This document shows, piece after piece, positions 37,041 through 46,858 of a DNA stretch of 64,000 bases. Position numbers and translations under genes: made by a program. The DNA is from Candidatus Hydrogenedentota bacterium (GTDB lineage Bacteria; Hydrogenedentota; Hydrogenedentia; Hydrogenedentales; SLHB01). The DNA is taken from contig CAXXTH010000010.1 in NCBI GenBank assembly GCA_963668025.2, positions 64,001 through 128,000 of the forward strand, written 5' to 3'. The notes beneath the pieces were generated by a model that was not told the origin of the DNA, searched no databases, and worked only from the letters and a program-made list of their open reading frames with translations. Position 1 is the stretch's first letter. Each line of letters opens with the position of its first letter.

Positions 37041-39338
37041 ATGAACTTTTCTACTGTTGCCGCATCCCTCGTTTTATTATCTTCCGTAACTACCGCAATG
37101 GCGGATGATGGTGTATTGCCGCGCTCCGAGCATCCCCGGCCCGACGCCATGCGCGAGAACTGGCTGTGCTTGAACGGCCAATGGCAGTTTGAAATCGATG
37201 CCGACGCCAACGGGCTGGAGCGTGGGCTCGTTTCGGGGAAAGAGCTGGCATCTAGCATCATGGTGCCTTTCTGCCCCGAGAGCCAGCTCTCGGGAATTGG
37301 CCATACCGATTTCATGAAAAATGTCTGGTACCGCCGTATGTTCACTTTGCCCGAAAGCATGCAAGGGCAGCGGGTGCTGCTCCATTTCGGAGCGGTCGAC
37401 TACAAGGCGTGGATTTGGGTGAATGGGCGCGAGGTGGGCGAACACACGGGCGGGAGCGCCGCCTTCACCTGCGAGATCACCCATGTCCTTAAAACAGGTG
37501 GGAATGAAGTGGTGGTCCGCGTGTTTGATGACACCGCGAGCGGCTTGCAGCCCACAGGCAAGCAGACCCATTCCGTAAGTGAAGGGTGCGTGTATACACG
37601 GACTACTGGCATCTGGCAAAGCGTCTGGCTGGAGGCAGTCGGCCAGTCGTACATTCAGGAGTTTTCGGTGGTTCCCGATCTCGAGCATGCCCGCGTTCTC
37701 ATCGAAACCACGGTGAATGGCCCGCTAGAGGGGCTGCAAGTATCCGCCCATGCGTTGGCTGATGGCGAGCTCGTTGGACAGGAAAGCGGGCTGGCCGGAA
37801 GCGGCGCACCACTGGCTTTGAATCTGAGCGAAAAACACTTATGGGAACCGGCCTCACCGTTTCTATACGACCTAGAACTCGTATTAGAGCGTGATGGGAA
37901 ACCTGTGGACGCTGTGCGCAGCTATTTCGGTTTGCGTTCGGTGGCGATTGATGGGCGCAGCGTGTTGATCAATGGCCAGCGCATTTTCCAGCGTTTGATT
38001 TTGGACCAGGGCTTTTATCCCGATGGCATTTGGACTGCGCCCTCGGATCAGGCGCTTAAGCGTGACATCGAGCTTTCCATGGCGTCGGGTTTCAACGGCG
38101 CCCGCCTGCACCAAAAAGTGTTCGAGCCGCGTTTTTTGTATTGGGCGGACAAGCTTGGATACTTGGTTTGGGGCGAGTTTCCCAGTTGGGGGTATAGCGG
38201 CGATCCAAAAGGATTCAATGCGTACGCCGCTGAATGGGCCGAAATCATACGACGCGACCGCAACCATCCATCCATTATTGGCTGGTGTCCATTCAACGAG
38301 ACCGGTGCAAGCATCATTGAAATGCAGCAAACGTTCTGGAATCTAACCCGGACAATCGATCCCACACGCCTGGCACTAGAGACGAGCGGCACGTTTCATA
38401 GTTTGCCAGAGCCGCAGATTCGTGATTACCACGATGGTGAACAAGACCCCGTAGTATTCAAAAAACGTTGGATGGACTATTTTGATCCGTCGACACCGCA
38501 TTTGCCTAAGCAATACATATATAGCATCCCAGGAATCGTGCCCACCAATCCTCCCGACCGTGGCGTTCCATTCATGGTCGGCGAATTCGGCGGCACGTGC
38601 TGGACGGACCGGCAAGCGCCCGGCAATGCCTGGGGATACGGCCAAACGCCAAGCAACCAGGAAGACTTCTACCGCCGTTATGAGGGTTTGGTGAGTGCGT
38701 TGCTGGACAACCCAAACTTATGTGGATTCTGCTATATCCAATTGACCGACGTTGAGCAAGAATGCAATGGATTGTACTATTATGACCGTTGGCCCAAATT
38801 TGACGTGGAGCGTCTACATAAAATCACTTCGCGCGAAGCCGCTTACGAAAAGACTGGCCCCACCGCTAAACAGCCCGCTCCTGACCTGGGAACGCCATGG
38901 CGCGCGTTGGTGAACGCTGCGCCTGACAAAGAGCCCGCCCGGCCTTATCGTTATACTTTCGATATTCCAGCCGGCAAGTGGATGAACGTCGAATTCGACG
39001 ATTCAAAATGGGCATGGGGTTCCGCGCCTTTCGGGAACATTGTCCCTGGCGTGCAAACGTCTTGGACTAGCGCGGACATTTACCTCCGCCAGCAGTTCCA
39101 GTTCGAGGGCGGCGAACTTGCCCAAGTCGTGTTGCTCATGATGTATGATGAAGACACGGAGGTTTATATCAACGGGGATAGGGTGCTGGAAGTAAAAGGT
39201 TTTGTGAACTCCTACACACCTCTTGATGTGACGAAAGCCGCTAAACATTGCCTCAAGCAAGGCGTAAACACATTGGCTGTACATACCCATCATACCGGAG
39301 GCGGGCAGTATATCGACCTTGCATTATTGTGCCGCTAA
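37041..39338 (+). CDS. Secreted glycoside hydrolase family 2, paralog 1
   Basis: Signal peptide; LNGQWQF, LHFGAVDY, RDRNHPSIIGWCPFNE (acid/base) and GEFGG (nucleophile). Confidence 0.9.
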   Translation: MNFSTVAASLVLLSSVTTAMADDGVLPRSEHPRPDAMRENWLCLNGQWQFEIDADANGLERGLVSGKELASSIMVPFCPESQLSGIGHTDFMKNVWYRRMFTLPESMQGQRVLLHFGAVDYKAWIWVNGREVGEHTGGSAAFTCEITHVLKTGGNEVVVRVFDDTASGLQPTGKQTHSVSEGCVYTRTTGIWQSVWLEAVGQSYIQEFSVVPDLEHARVLIETTVNGPLEGLQVSAHALADGELVGQESGLAGSGAPLALNLSEKHLWEPASPFLYDLELVLERDGKPVDAVRSYFGLRSVAIDGRSVLINGQRIFQRLILDQGFYPDGIWTAPSDQALKRDIELSMASGFNGARLHQKVFEPRFLYWADKLGYLVWGEFPSWGYSGDPKGFNAYAAEWAEIIRRDRNHPSIIGWCPFNETGASIIEMQQTFWNLTRTIDPTRLALETSGTFHSLPEPQIRDYHDGEQDPVVFKKRWMDYFDPSTPHLPKQYIYSIPGIVPTNPPDRGVPFMVGEFGGTCWTDRQAPGNAWGYGQTPSNQEDFYRRYEGLVSALLDNPNLCGFCYIQLTDVEQECNGLYYYDRWPKFDVERLHKITSREAAYEKTGPTAKQPAPDLGTPWRALVNAAPDKEPARPYRYTFDIPAGKWMNVEFDDSKWAWGSAPFGNIVPGVQTSWTSADIYLRQQFQFEGGELAQVVLLMMYDEDTEVYINGDRVLEVKGFVNSYTPLDVTKAAKHCLKQGVNTLAVHTHHTGGGQYIDLALLCR

Positions 39339-39359
39339 GCTAACGCCATTGATAGGAAT

Positions 39360-39434
39360 AAAGCGGCGGCAGGCCATTGCGATCCAAATACTTATATAGA
39401 ATAGATTTGGAATATAGGGCCTTGCCGCTACTTT
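39360..39434. repeat. Degenerate REPIN-like inverted repeat (AAAGCGG...TGCCGCTACTTT)
   Basis: Similar to the units at 41932-42020 and 59741-59827. Confidence 0.45.
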
Positions 39435-39473
39435 CTTCTTTGTTATGCTTTCCATCATATGTTCGGTTGTAGT

Positions 39474-39524
39474 CTCTATTCTGATAAGATCGGGTATGTT
39501 ATTGATAGTCTCGACCATCGACAT
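39474..39524 (-). pseudogene. Remnant of the araC 5' end carried in the GH2 tandem duplication
   Basis: MSMVETINNIPDLIR versus MSMVETINPISDFVR of the gene starting at 36930. Confidence 0.75.
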
Positions 39525-39625
39525 GCTTCTGACACGGCCATATAATTGCCCTGGTTTTCATGGTGTTAGGATTATTCCACCGCTGTTGCCACTGCAGGAA
39601 TCAAATGATAAGGATGGAAAATACG

Positions 39626-41911
39626 ATGTATTTATCAACCGTTGCCGCATCCCTGGTTCTACTATCTTCAGTAACGCCTCTTGTAGCTGATGATGGCGCG
39701 CTGCCGCGTTCCGAGCATCCCCGGCCCGACGCCATGCGCGAGAACTGGCTGTGCTTGAACGGCCAATGGCAGTTTGAAATCGATGCCGACGCTAACGGGT
39801 TGGAGCGCGGGCTGGCTTCAGGCAAGGATCTGGCATCCAGCATCATCGTTCCCTTCTGCCCAGAGAGCCAGCTCTCGGGTTTGGGCCACACCGATTTCAT
39901 GAAAAATGTCTGGTACCGCCGCATGTTTACTTTGCCGGAAAGCATGCAAGGCCAACGGGTGCTGCTGCACTTCGGTGCGGTGGATTACAAGGCATGGGTT
40001 TGGGTGAATGGCCGTGAAGTGGGCGGACACACCGGCGGCAGCGCCGCCTTCGCGTGTGAAATCACCTCTGCCCTAAAACCCGGAGAAAACGAAGTAGTGG
40101 TCCGCGTGTTTGACGACACCGCGAGCGGCTTGCAGCCCACGGGCAAGCAGACCCACTCCGTGAGCGAAGGGTGCGTGTATACACGGACCACTGGCATTTG
40201 GCAAAGCGTCTGGCTAGAAGCCGCCGGCCAGTCGTATGTGAAAGAGTTTTCGGTGGTTCCCGATCCCGAGCATGCCCGCGTTCTCATCGAAGCCACGGTG
40301 GATGGCCCGCTAGAGGGGCTGCAATTAGCTGTTCATGTGTTGGCTGATGGCAAGCTCGTTGGCCAGGAAAGTGGATTGGCTGGAAGCGGCGCACCACTGG
40401 TCTTGAATCTGAGCGAAAAACACTTGTGGAGCCCCAGTTCGCCCTTCCTATATGATCTGGAACTCGTGCTGGAGCGCGATGGGAAACCTGTGGACACTGT
40501 ACGCAGCTATTTCGGACTGCGTTCCGTGTCGATTGATGGGCGCAGCGTGTTGATCAACGGACAGCGTGTTTTCCAGCGGCTGATTTTGGATCAAGGGTTC
40601 TATCCCGATGGCATTTGGACCGCGCCTTCGGATGAGGCGCTTAAGCGTGATATCGAGCTTTCCATGGCGGCGGGTTTCAACGGCGCCCGCCTACACCAAA
40701 AAGTATTCGAGCCGCGTTTCCTATACTGGGCGGACAAGCTAGGTTACTTGGTTTGGGGCGAATTCCCCAACTGGGGATATAATTATGAGCCGAAAGGCTA
40801 TGCCCCGTATACGTCCGAGTGGGCCGAAATCGTACGCCGCGATCGGAACCATCCATCCATCATTGGCTGGTGTCCCTTTAATGAAACCGATTGGGTTTCA
40901 ACGGAACTACAGCAAGTGATTTGGAACCTTACGCAGGCCATCGATCCCACACGGCCTGTTCTAGAGACCAGCGGTTGGAGACATAGCCTGCTGGAACCGC
41001 AACTTTGTGATTTTCATGATTACGAACAAGATCCCACCGTACTTAAAAATAGATGGATGGACTACTTCGATATTTCCGCTCTCCGTTTGCCTGAACAGTA
41101 CCATAATGCCGGAGCTACCGCGCTTGTTCCCGACCGGGGCTGTCCATTCATGCTCAGTGAATTCGGCGGCACGCGCTGGGCGGAAGAGCAATCATCCGGC
41201 CAAGCCTGGGGGTATGGCCAAGCGCCAAGCGATATGGAAGAGTTCTACCGCCGGTATGAAGGCTTGGTGAATGCATTGCTCGATAATCCGAATATGTTTG
41301 GATTTTGCTACACGCAATTGACCGACGTCGAACAAGAGCGCAACGGGCTCTATTATTATGATCGGCGGCCTAAGTTCGATGCCGGGCGCTTGCATGCCAT
41401 CACTTCACGCGAGGCGGCGTATGAGAAGACTGGTCCCATCACTGCATCGCGTGAGAATGGTGGAGCGCCGTGGAATGTCCTGGTGGGCGCTTCGCCCGAC
41501 AAAGCGCTTGCCCGCCCGTATCGCTATACCTTCGATGCTCCCGCCGCCGAGTGGCTTAATGATGGTTTTGACGATGGGAAATGGGCGTCTGGCATGGCTC
41601 CGTTTGGCAACGAATTGCCAGGCGTGCGGACGCCTTGGACCAGCGCCGATATCTATCTGCGCCAGCAGTTCCCATTTGACAGCGGTGAGCCTTCCCAGAT
41701 GGCGCTCGTTATTTTTTATGATGAAGATACGGAGATTTATCTCAATGGACACCGCATATTCGAGATCAGAGGATTTGTGAATTCGTACACCATGCTGGAT
41801 GTCACGCAGGCAGCCAAACCTTGGATCAAGCAGGGCTTGAATACATTGGCCGTGCATACCCGCCAGACTGGCGGAGGGCAGTATATCGACTTGGCCTTGT
41901 TATACCGTTAG
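39626..41911 (+). CDS. Secreted glycoside hydrolase family 2, paralog 2
   Basis: N-terminal half near-identical to paralog 1; PFNE and SEFGG catalytic motifs. Confidence 0.9.
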   Translation: MYLSTVAASLVLLSSVTPLVADDGALPRSEHPRPDAMRENWLCLNGQWQFEIDADANGLERGLASGKDLASSIIVPFCPESQLSGLGHTDFMKNVWYRRMFTLPESMQGQRVLLHFGAVDYKAWVWVNGREVGGHTGGSAAFACEITSALKPGENEVVVRVFDDTASGLQPTGKQTHSVSEGCVYTRTTGIWQSVWLEAAGQSYVKEFSVVPDPEHARVLIEATVDGPLEGLQLAVHVLADGKLVGQESGLAGSGAPLVLNLSEKHLWSPSSPFLYDLELVLERDGKPVDTVRSYFGLRSVSIDGRSVLINGQRVFQRLILDQGFYPDGIWTAPSDEALKRDIELSMAAGFNGARLHQKVFEPRFLYWADKLGYLVWGEFPNWGYNYEPKGYAPYTSEWAEIVRRDRNHPSIIGWCPFNETDWVSTELQQVIWNLTQAIDPTRPVLETSGWRHSLLEPQLCDFHDYEQDPTVLKNRWMDYFDISALRLPEQYHNAGATALVPDRGCPFMLSEFGGTRWAEEQSSGQAWGYGQAPSDMEEFYRRYEGLVNALLDNPNMFGFCYTQLTDVEQERNGLYYYDRRPKFDAGRLHAITSREAAYEKTGPITASRENGGAPWNVLVGASPDKALARPYRYTFDAPAAEWLNDGFDDGKWASGMAPFGNELPGVRTPWTSADIYLRQQFPFDSGEPSQMALVIFYDEDTEIYLNGHRIFEIRGFVNSYTMLDVTQAAKPWIKQGLNTLAVHTRQTGGGQYIDLALLYR

Positions 41912-41931
41912 CCAGAAGAAATTAGCATAAA

Positions 41932-42144
41932 CAAAGCAGCGGCAAGCCTTCGCACTTCAAATGCTTTTGTAAGAATGACTTATAATGCATAACGGGTGCG
42001 GCGGATGGGCCGCCGCTTTGTTGTATACGCTATTCAAATCGTATTTTCATTTCTTGGTTCCACCCGTCCAATTGAGTGCTTCAAAACTCTATGACAAGAA
42101 AAGACTTAGAACGCATGTGGGATATGGCGGCTTGCCACCGTTTT
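41932..42144. repeat. Two degenerate REPIN-like units
   Basis: CAAAGCAGCGGC...GCCGCCGCTTTG at 41932-42020, and a half unit sharing TGACAAGAAAAGACTTAG (42092-42109) with 59775-59792. Confidence 0.55.
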
Positions 42145-42356
42145 TAAAAAGCCCATTTATGGGGAATACCTCCGCCCATAAAAGTCTTTCCTTTTTTAGA
42201 GATTTGAACACTCGGCGCCACCGGCAAGACACTATAATTCGGCATAGTGCTCTTATTATCGGGGAAGCCCTATACAGATTATCAGGATATTCTATTGTAA
42301 GACTAAATATTTGGGCGTAATTACAACAACCCATAAGATTAGGAGAACTTGGAATT

Positions 42357-43424
42357 ATGAACAATAAAAGAGGTTTTACGCTGATCGAATTGCTTGTGGT
42401 GATTGCCATTATTGCAATCCTGGCGGCTATCTTGCTGCCCGCGCTCGCACGGGCGCGCGAAGCGGCGCGGCGCGCCAGTTGCCAAAGCAATCTCAAACAA
42501 TTCGGCATCATCTTCGCCATGTATTCGGGCGAAACAAAAGGCGCGATGTACCCTCCACAAATGCGTTGGGTGCCAGGCGGCCAAGCCGGTGCGCTGGGAT
42601 TCGATGCTCTCACCTTATACCCCGATTATTGGTCGGATGTGTCTATCGCCATCTGCCCGAGTGATCCCAGGGGAGATAATATCCCTCCGGGATTTTTCGG
42701 TTATGGTGTCACCAAGATCGGCATCGAAGAAGATTTCCCGGCGCAGATAAAAGACCTCGCGGCTATCGGCGAAGATGCCGAAGCTTGCCTGGACGCCATC
42801 ATGAGCACCCCGGTGTCATATTGCTACATCGCCTTCGCGACGTCGACAGGCTCCCAGGTATGCGATGTAATTGAGTGCCTGAACCGCTGGGGATGGGGCC
42901 TTGCTCCAAATCATGCACCGGAGTATCTGGGAAAGCGTGGTAAAGAATACGACTGCCAATGGAACAGCTTCAAATTCAAGGACATCGGTGAAAGCGATAT
43001 TCCAGCAGGTATAGTCGCCGCCGCTGGCGGCGTAGTCTGGGGTGGTACGGATGACGATGGCTCGCCGCTGCCTTCCACCTACAAGCGGCTACGCACGGGC
43101 ATTGAGCGTTTCTTCATCACGGACATCAATAATCCCGCCGCAGGTGCGGTGGGGCAGAGCACCCTGGCGATCATGTGGGATTCATGGTCTCCAGACACCA
43201 GTTATTTCGCCACTAGCGCGGACCATGGCATCGCGCGTTTCAACCATGTGCCCGGCGGCTCGAATGTGCTGTATATGGATGGCCATGTGAGCTGGGTGCG
43301 GTATAGCGACGGCGAAGAAGGGCAATACCCTGTTTGGGCACCGGATGACAGTGTCGAAATGAAAGGTAATCCGCTGGTGCGGAACGCGGAAGTTTGGATG
43401 CCGTTCGCGGGTGGCTGGGGTTGA
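42357..43424 (+). CDS. Prepilin N-methylation / DUF1559 / H-X9-DG protein
   Basis: [16 protein letters not shown]...[18 protein letters not shown]; [17 protein letters not shown]. Confidence 0.9.
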   Translation: MNNKRGFTLIELLVVIAIIAILAAILLPALARAREAARRASCQSNLKQFGIIFAMYSGETKGAMYPPQMRWVPGGQAGALGFDALTLYPDYWSDVSIAICPSDPRGDNIPPGFFGYGVTKIGIEEDFPAQIKDLAAIGEDAEACLDAIMSTPVSYCYIAFATSTGSQVCDVIECLNRWGWGLAPNHAPEYLGKRGKEYDCQWNSFKFKDIGESDIPAGIVAAAGGVVWGGTDDDGSPLPSTYKRLRTGIERFFITDINNPAAGAVGQSTLAIMWDSWSPDTSYFATSADHGIARFNHVPGGSNVLYMDGHVSWVRYSDGEEGQYPVWAPDDSVEMKGNPLVRNAEVWMPFAGGWG

Positions 43425-43523
43425 GATAATCATGCCGTGAAGAGGCGGTGGAGTTTGCCCGCCGCCTCTCCTCTGTTGGGTAATCATAAAATACGGAAAA
43501 CAGTAAGAAAGGTCTTTTTTTAT

Positions 43524-44705
43524 ATGGCGGCGGAACTGCGTATTGGGGTCATTGGGGTTGGCGGACGGGGAGCGCTTGCGGCACACGCGCATAAACCGGA
43601 AGAAGGCGCTCGACTCGTGGCGGGCGCGGACATCAAACCGGCGGCGCTGGCTGCGTTTGGCGAAAAATATGGTAAAGATTGCTTTCTCACGGATGACTGG
43701 CGCGAGCTGCTCAAGCGGAATGACATAGACGCGGTATTCATCACCTCGCCGGACTTTCTCCATGAGGAGCAAGCCGTCGCCGCATTGCAGGCCGGAAAAG
43801 CGGTCTATCTCGAGAAGCCCATGGCCATCACCATCGCGGGATGCGACCGCATCCTCGAGACAGTTTGCGCATGTGAGGGCAAGCTTTACCTCGGACACAA
43901 CATGCGCCACATGTTCTTTGTGCAGAAAATGAAGGAGTTGATCGAGCAAGGCGTTATCGGCGAGGTGAAAACGGCCTGGTGCCGCCATTTCGTGGGATAT
44001 GGCGGAGACGCCTTCTTCAAGGATTGGCATTCCGAACGCCGCAATGTAACAGGGCTTCTCTTGCAGAAAGCGGCACATGACATTGACGTGCTCCATTGGC
44101 TGTGCGGCGGATACACCACGCGGGTGAATGGCATGGGCGGGCTGACGCTCTACCATCAAGTACAGGACAGGCGTCCGCCGGATGTGTCGCATAAGGTCGA
44201 ATTTGTATTGGAGAATTGGCCTCCATTGGCGCAAACAGGCCTGAGCCCAGTCATTGACGTGGAAGACGTCAGCATGATGCAGATGGAGCTCGATAACGGG
44301 GTGTTCGCCGCGTACCAGCAATGCCATTTTGCGCCAGACGCCTGGCGGAATTACACCGTGATTGGCACGGAAGGGCGCATCGAGAATTATGGCGATGATC
44401 CGCCCAACTGCACTATCATGTTGTGGAATAAACGTTCTGGTTATAATAAGGACGCCGATGCGCAGTATCCCATCGAGACGGAAGGCGGCACGCATGGCGG
44501 TGCTGATCCCAAAATTGTATCGGAATTCCTCCAGTATGCGCGAGATGGCATTCCGACCACTACTTCGCCTATCGCGGCGCGGAACAGTGTCGCCGCAGGG
44601 TATCTTGCCACGCAATCGCTCCGGCATGGCGGAATTCCATTCGACGTGCCGCCGCCACCCGCGCAAGCCGTATCCTATTTTGAAGGAGTTCCCGCCCGCG
44701 TATAG
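43524..44705 (+). CDS. Gfo/Idh/MocA family oxidoreductase
   Basis: IGVGGRG, EKP and GLLLQKAAHDID motifs. Confidence 0.9.
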   Translation: MAAELRIGVIGVGGRGALAAHAHKPEEGARLVAGADIKPAALAAFGEKYGKDCFLTDDWRELLKRNDIDAVFITSPDFLHEEQAVAALQAGKAVYLEKPMAITIAGCDRILETVCACEGKLYLGHNMRHMFFVQKMKELIEQGVIGEVKTAWCRHFVGYGGDAFFKDWHSERRNVTGLLLQKAAHDIDVLHWLCGGYTTRVNGMGGLTLYHQVQDRRPPDVSHKVEFVLENWPPLAQTGLSPVIDVEDVSMMQMELDNGVFAAYQQCHFAPDAWRNYTVIGTEGRIENYGDDPPNCTIMLWNKRSGYNKDADAQYPIETEGGTHGGADPKIVSEFLQYARDGIPTTTSPIAARNSVAAGYLATQSLRHGGIPFDVPPPPAQAVSYFEGVPARV

Positions 44706-44788
44706 AGCCGCCATGTGTTGAGAAAACCACTGCTTTGCGCAGTATAGGCGTTCGTTTTTGCGAAGCGCCAAGGGAAAGGTATGCACGT

Positions 44789-46783
44789 ATGCATGTTGTC
44801 GATTGGGTCATCGTTTTTGGCATGCTGGCATTTCTGATCGCTGTTGTAATTGGGGCGAACCGGTTATCGCGAGGCGTGGCGGACTTTCTAGCGGCGGGCC
44901 GATGCGGCGGCCGGTATATTATTTGCGTTTCAGAAGGTATCGCGGCAGTCTGCGCGATCACGTTCATCGGGCTTTTCGAGATGCACTACCAGGCGGGCTT
45001 TTCCGCCGTATGGTGGAACATGATGATGGCTCCTATCATGGCCGCCATCAGCTTATCCGGCTGGATCATCTACCGGTATCGAGAAACACGCGTCCTCACC
45101 TTGGGCCAATTTTTTGAAATCCGCTACAGCAAACGCTTCCGTATCTTCGCTGGGATATTGTGTTTTTTTTCCGGTGTGGTCAATTTCGGCATATTCCCCG
45201 CCGTGGGTGCGCGTTTTTTCTGTTTCTTCTGCCAGCTTCCGCCCACCTTCCCCGTCTTTGGAATCGCCGTATCCACCTATGCGGTCGTTATGCTAATCCT
45301 GCTCATTATCGCCCTCTATTTTACATTTGCGGGCGGCCAGGTAGCGGTTATACTGACCGACTTCTTTCAAGGCGTATTCTGCAACATTATGTTTTTGGTC
45401 ATCCTGATCGCCCTGTTGCTGACGTTCCCTTGGAGCCAGGTGGTGGAAGGGTTGATGGCTGCCCCGAAAGATGCGTCGCTTCTGCATCCATTCCATACCA
45501 GTGATGCGAAGGACTTCAATATTTGGTATTTCCTTATCGGCGCTATTGGCACGTTTTACACCTATTTTTCGTGGCAAGGCAGCCAAGGATACAACGCATC
45601 CGCGCGCACACCGCATGAGGCCCGCATGGGTAAAATCCTGGGCACGTGGCGCGTACTGGTCATGAACGTGCTCATTGTCATGATTCCGGTTTGCGCCTAT
45701 ACCATGCTGCACCATCCCGCGTTCAGCGGCATAGCATCTCTCATCAACCAAGATGTGTCGGCCATCGAGAATACGCAGATTCAAAAACAAATGCTGGTGC
45801 CCATCGCGCTCTCCCATTTCCTGCCCATGGGATTAGCAGGCGCGTTCTGCGCCGTCATGCTGGCGGCGTTCATCAGCACGCATGACACGTATTTGCATTC
45901 CTGGGGAAGCATTTTTATCCAAGATGTGATCATGCCATTCCGTAAAAAACCATTCACCCCCGAACAGCATATCCGCGTGCTGCGTTATTCCATCTTTGGC
46001 GTTGCCGTGTATATTTATCTTTTCAGCTACTTCTTTCATCAGACGGAATACATTTATATGTTCTTCGCCATCACAGGTGCCATTTTTACGGGAGGCGCTG
46101 GGTCGGTCATTATCGGAGGACTCTACTGGAAGAAAGGCTCGACGGCTGCGGCGTGGAGCGCCATGATCGCTGGCTCGACCCTCGCCGTGATCGGAATCAT
46201 CATTCGCCAGGTCGATACCGATTTCCCCCTTAATGGACAATATATGTGGTTTATCTCGATGGCGGTGTCACTCACGCTTTATGTCTCCATCTCCCTGCTG
46301 GGCAAAGGCCGGGATTTCGACATGGACCGCATGCTCCACCGGGGCCAATATGCCGTGCTCGATGATGAAGTGGCTGTCCAAAAGAAATCCGTGCGCAGTT
46401 TCTCTGAATGGATTGGCATCGGGCCTGAGTTCAATTGGCGGGATAAAATAGTGTATCACGCTACCATCATATGGACAGTCCTTTGGATAATCGTCTTTGT
46501 GGCAGGCACTATTTACAATCTGCTGGTGGAGACATCGACTGAAGGCTGGGCGCGGTTCTGGGCCGCATACATCGTGGTGTCCTTAATCGTGGGAGCTGTC
46601 GTCACCGTATGGCTCACCATTGGCGGTTTTATGGATGTTAAAAAACTATATGAGTTACTACGCACCCGTGTGCGCGATGATAGCGATGACGGCATGGTCA
46701 TGTCATGGGAGAAATCCGATGAAACGGAAGCTGTATCGGAATCTGCAAAAACTGATCGCGCAACGCTGCCAGCCGAAGAGTAA
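44789..46783 (+). CDS. Sodium:solute symporter family transporter
   Basis: DFLAAGR, FFEIRY, GGQVAVILTDFFQG, AAFIST and GLYWKK motifs. Confidence 0.9.
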   Translation: MHVVDWVIVFGMLAFLIAVVIGANRLSRGVADFLAAGRCGGRYIICVSEGIAAVCAITFIGLFEMHYQAGFSAVWWNMMMAPIMAAISLSGWIIYRYRETRVLTLGQFFEIRYSKRFRIFAGILCFFSGVVNFGIFPAVGARFFCFFCQLPPTFPVFGIAVSTYAVVMLILLIIALYFTFAGGQVAVILTDFFQGVFCNIMFLVILIALLLTFPWSQVVEGLMAAPKDASLLHPFHTSDAKDFNIWYFLIGAIGTFYTYFSWQGSQGYNASARTPHEARMGKILGTWRVLVMNVLIVMIPVCAYTMLHHPAFSGIASLINQDVSAIENTQIQKQMLVPIALSHFLPMGLAGAFCAVMLAAFISTHDTYLHSWGSIFIQDVIMPFRKKPFTPEQHIRVLRYSIFGVAVYIYLFSYFFHQTEYIYMFFAITGAIFTGGAGSVIIGGLYWKKGSTAAAWSAMIAGSTLAVIGIIIRQVDTDFPLNGQYMWFISMAVSLTLYVSISLLGKGRDFDMDRMLHRGQYAVLDDEVAVQKKSVRSFSEWIGIGPEFNWRDKIVYHATIIWTVLWIIVFVAGTIYNLLVETSTEGWARFWAAYIVVSLIVGAVVTVWLTIGGFMDVKKLYELLRTRVRDDSDDGMVMSWEKSDETEAVSESAKTDRATLPAEE

Positions 46784-46858
46784 CTATTCTCCATACAAAG
46801 AAACGTTCAGGATGTTTCTGGTGTTTCCAGTATCGATATAGGAAATGAGGATTGCGAT

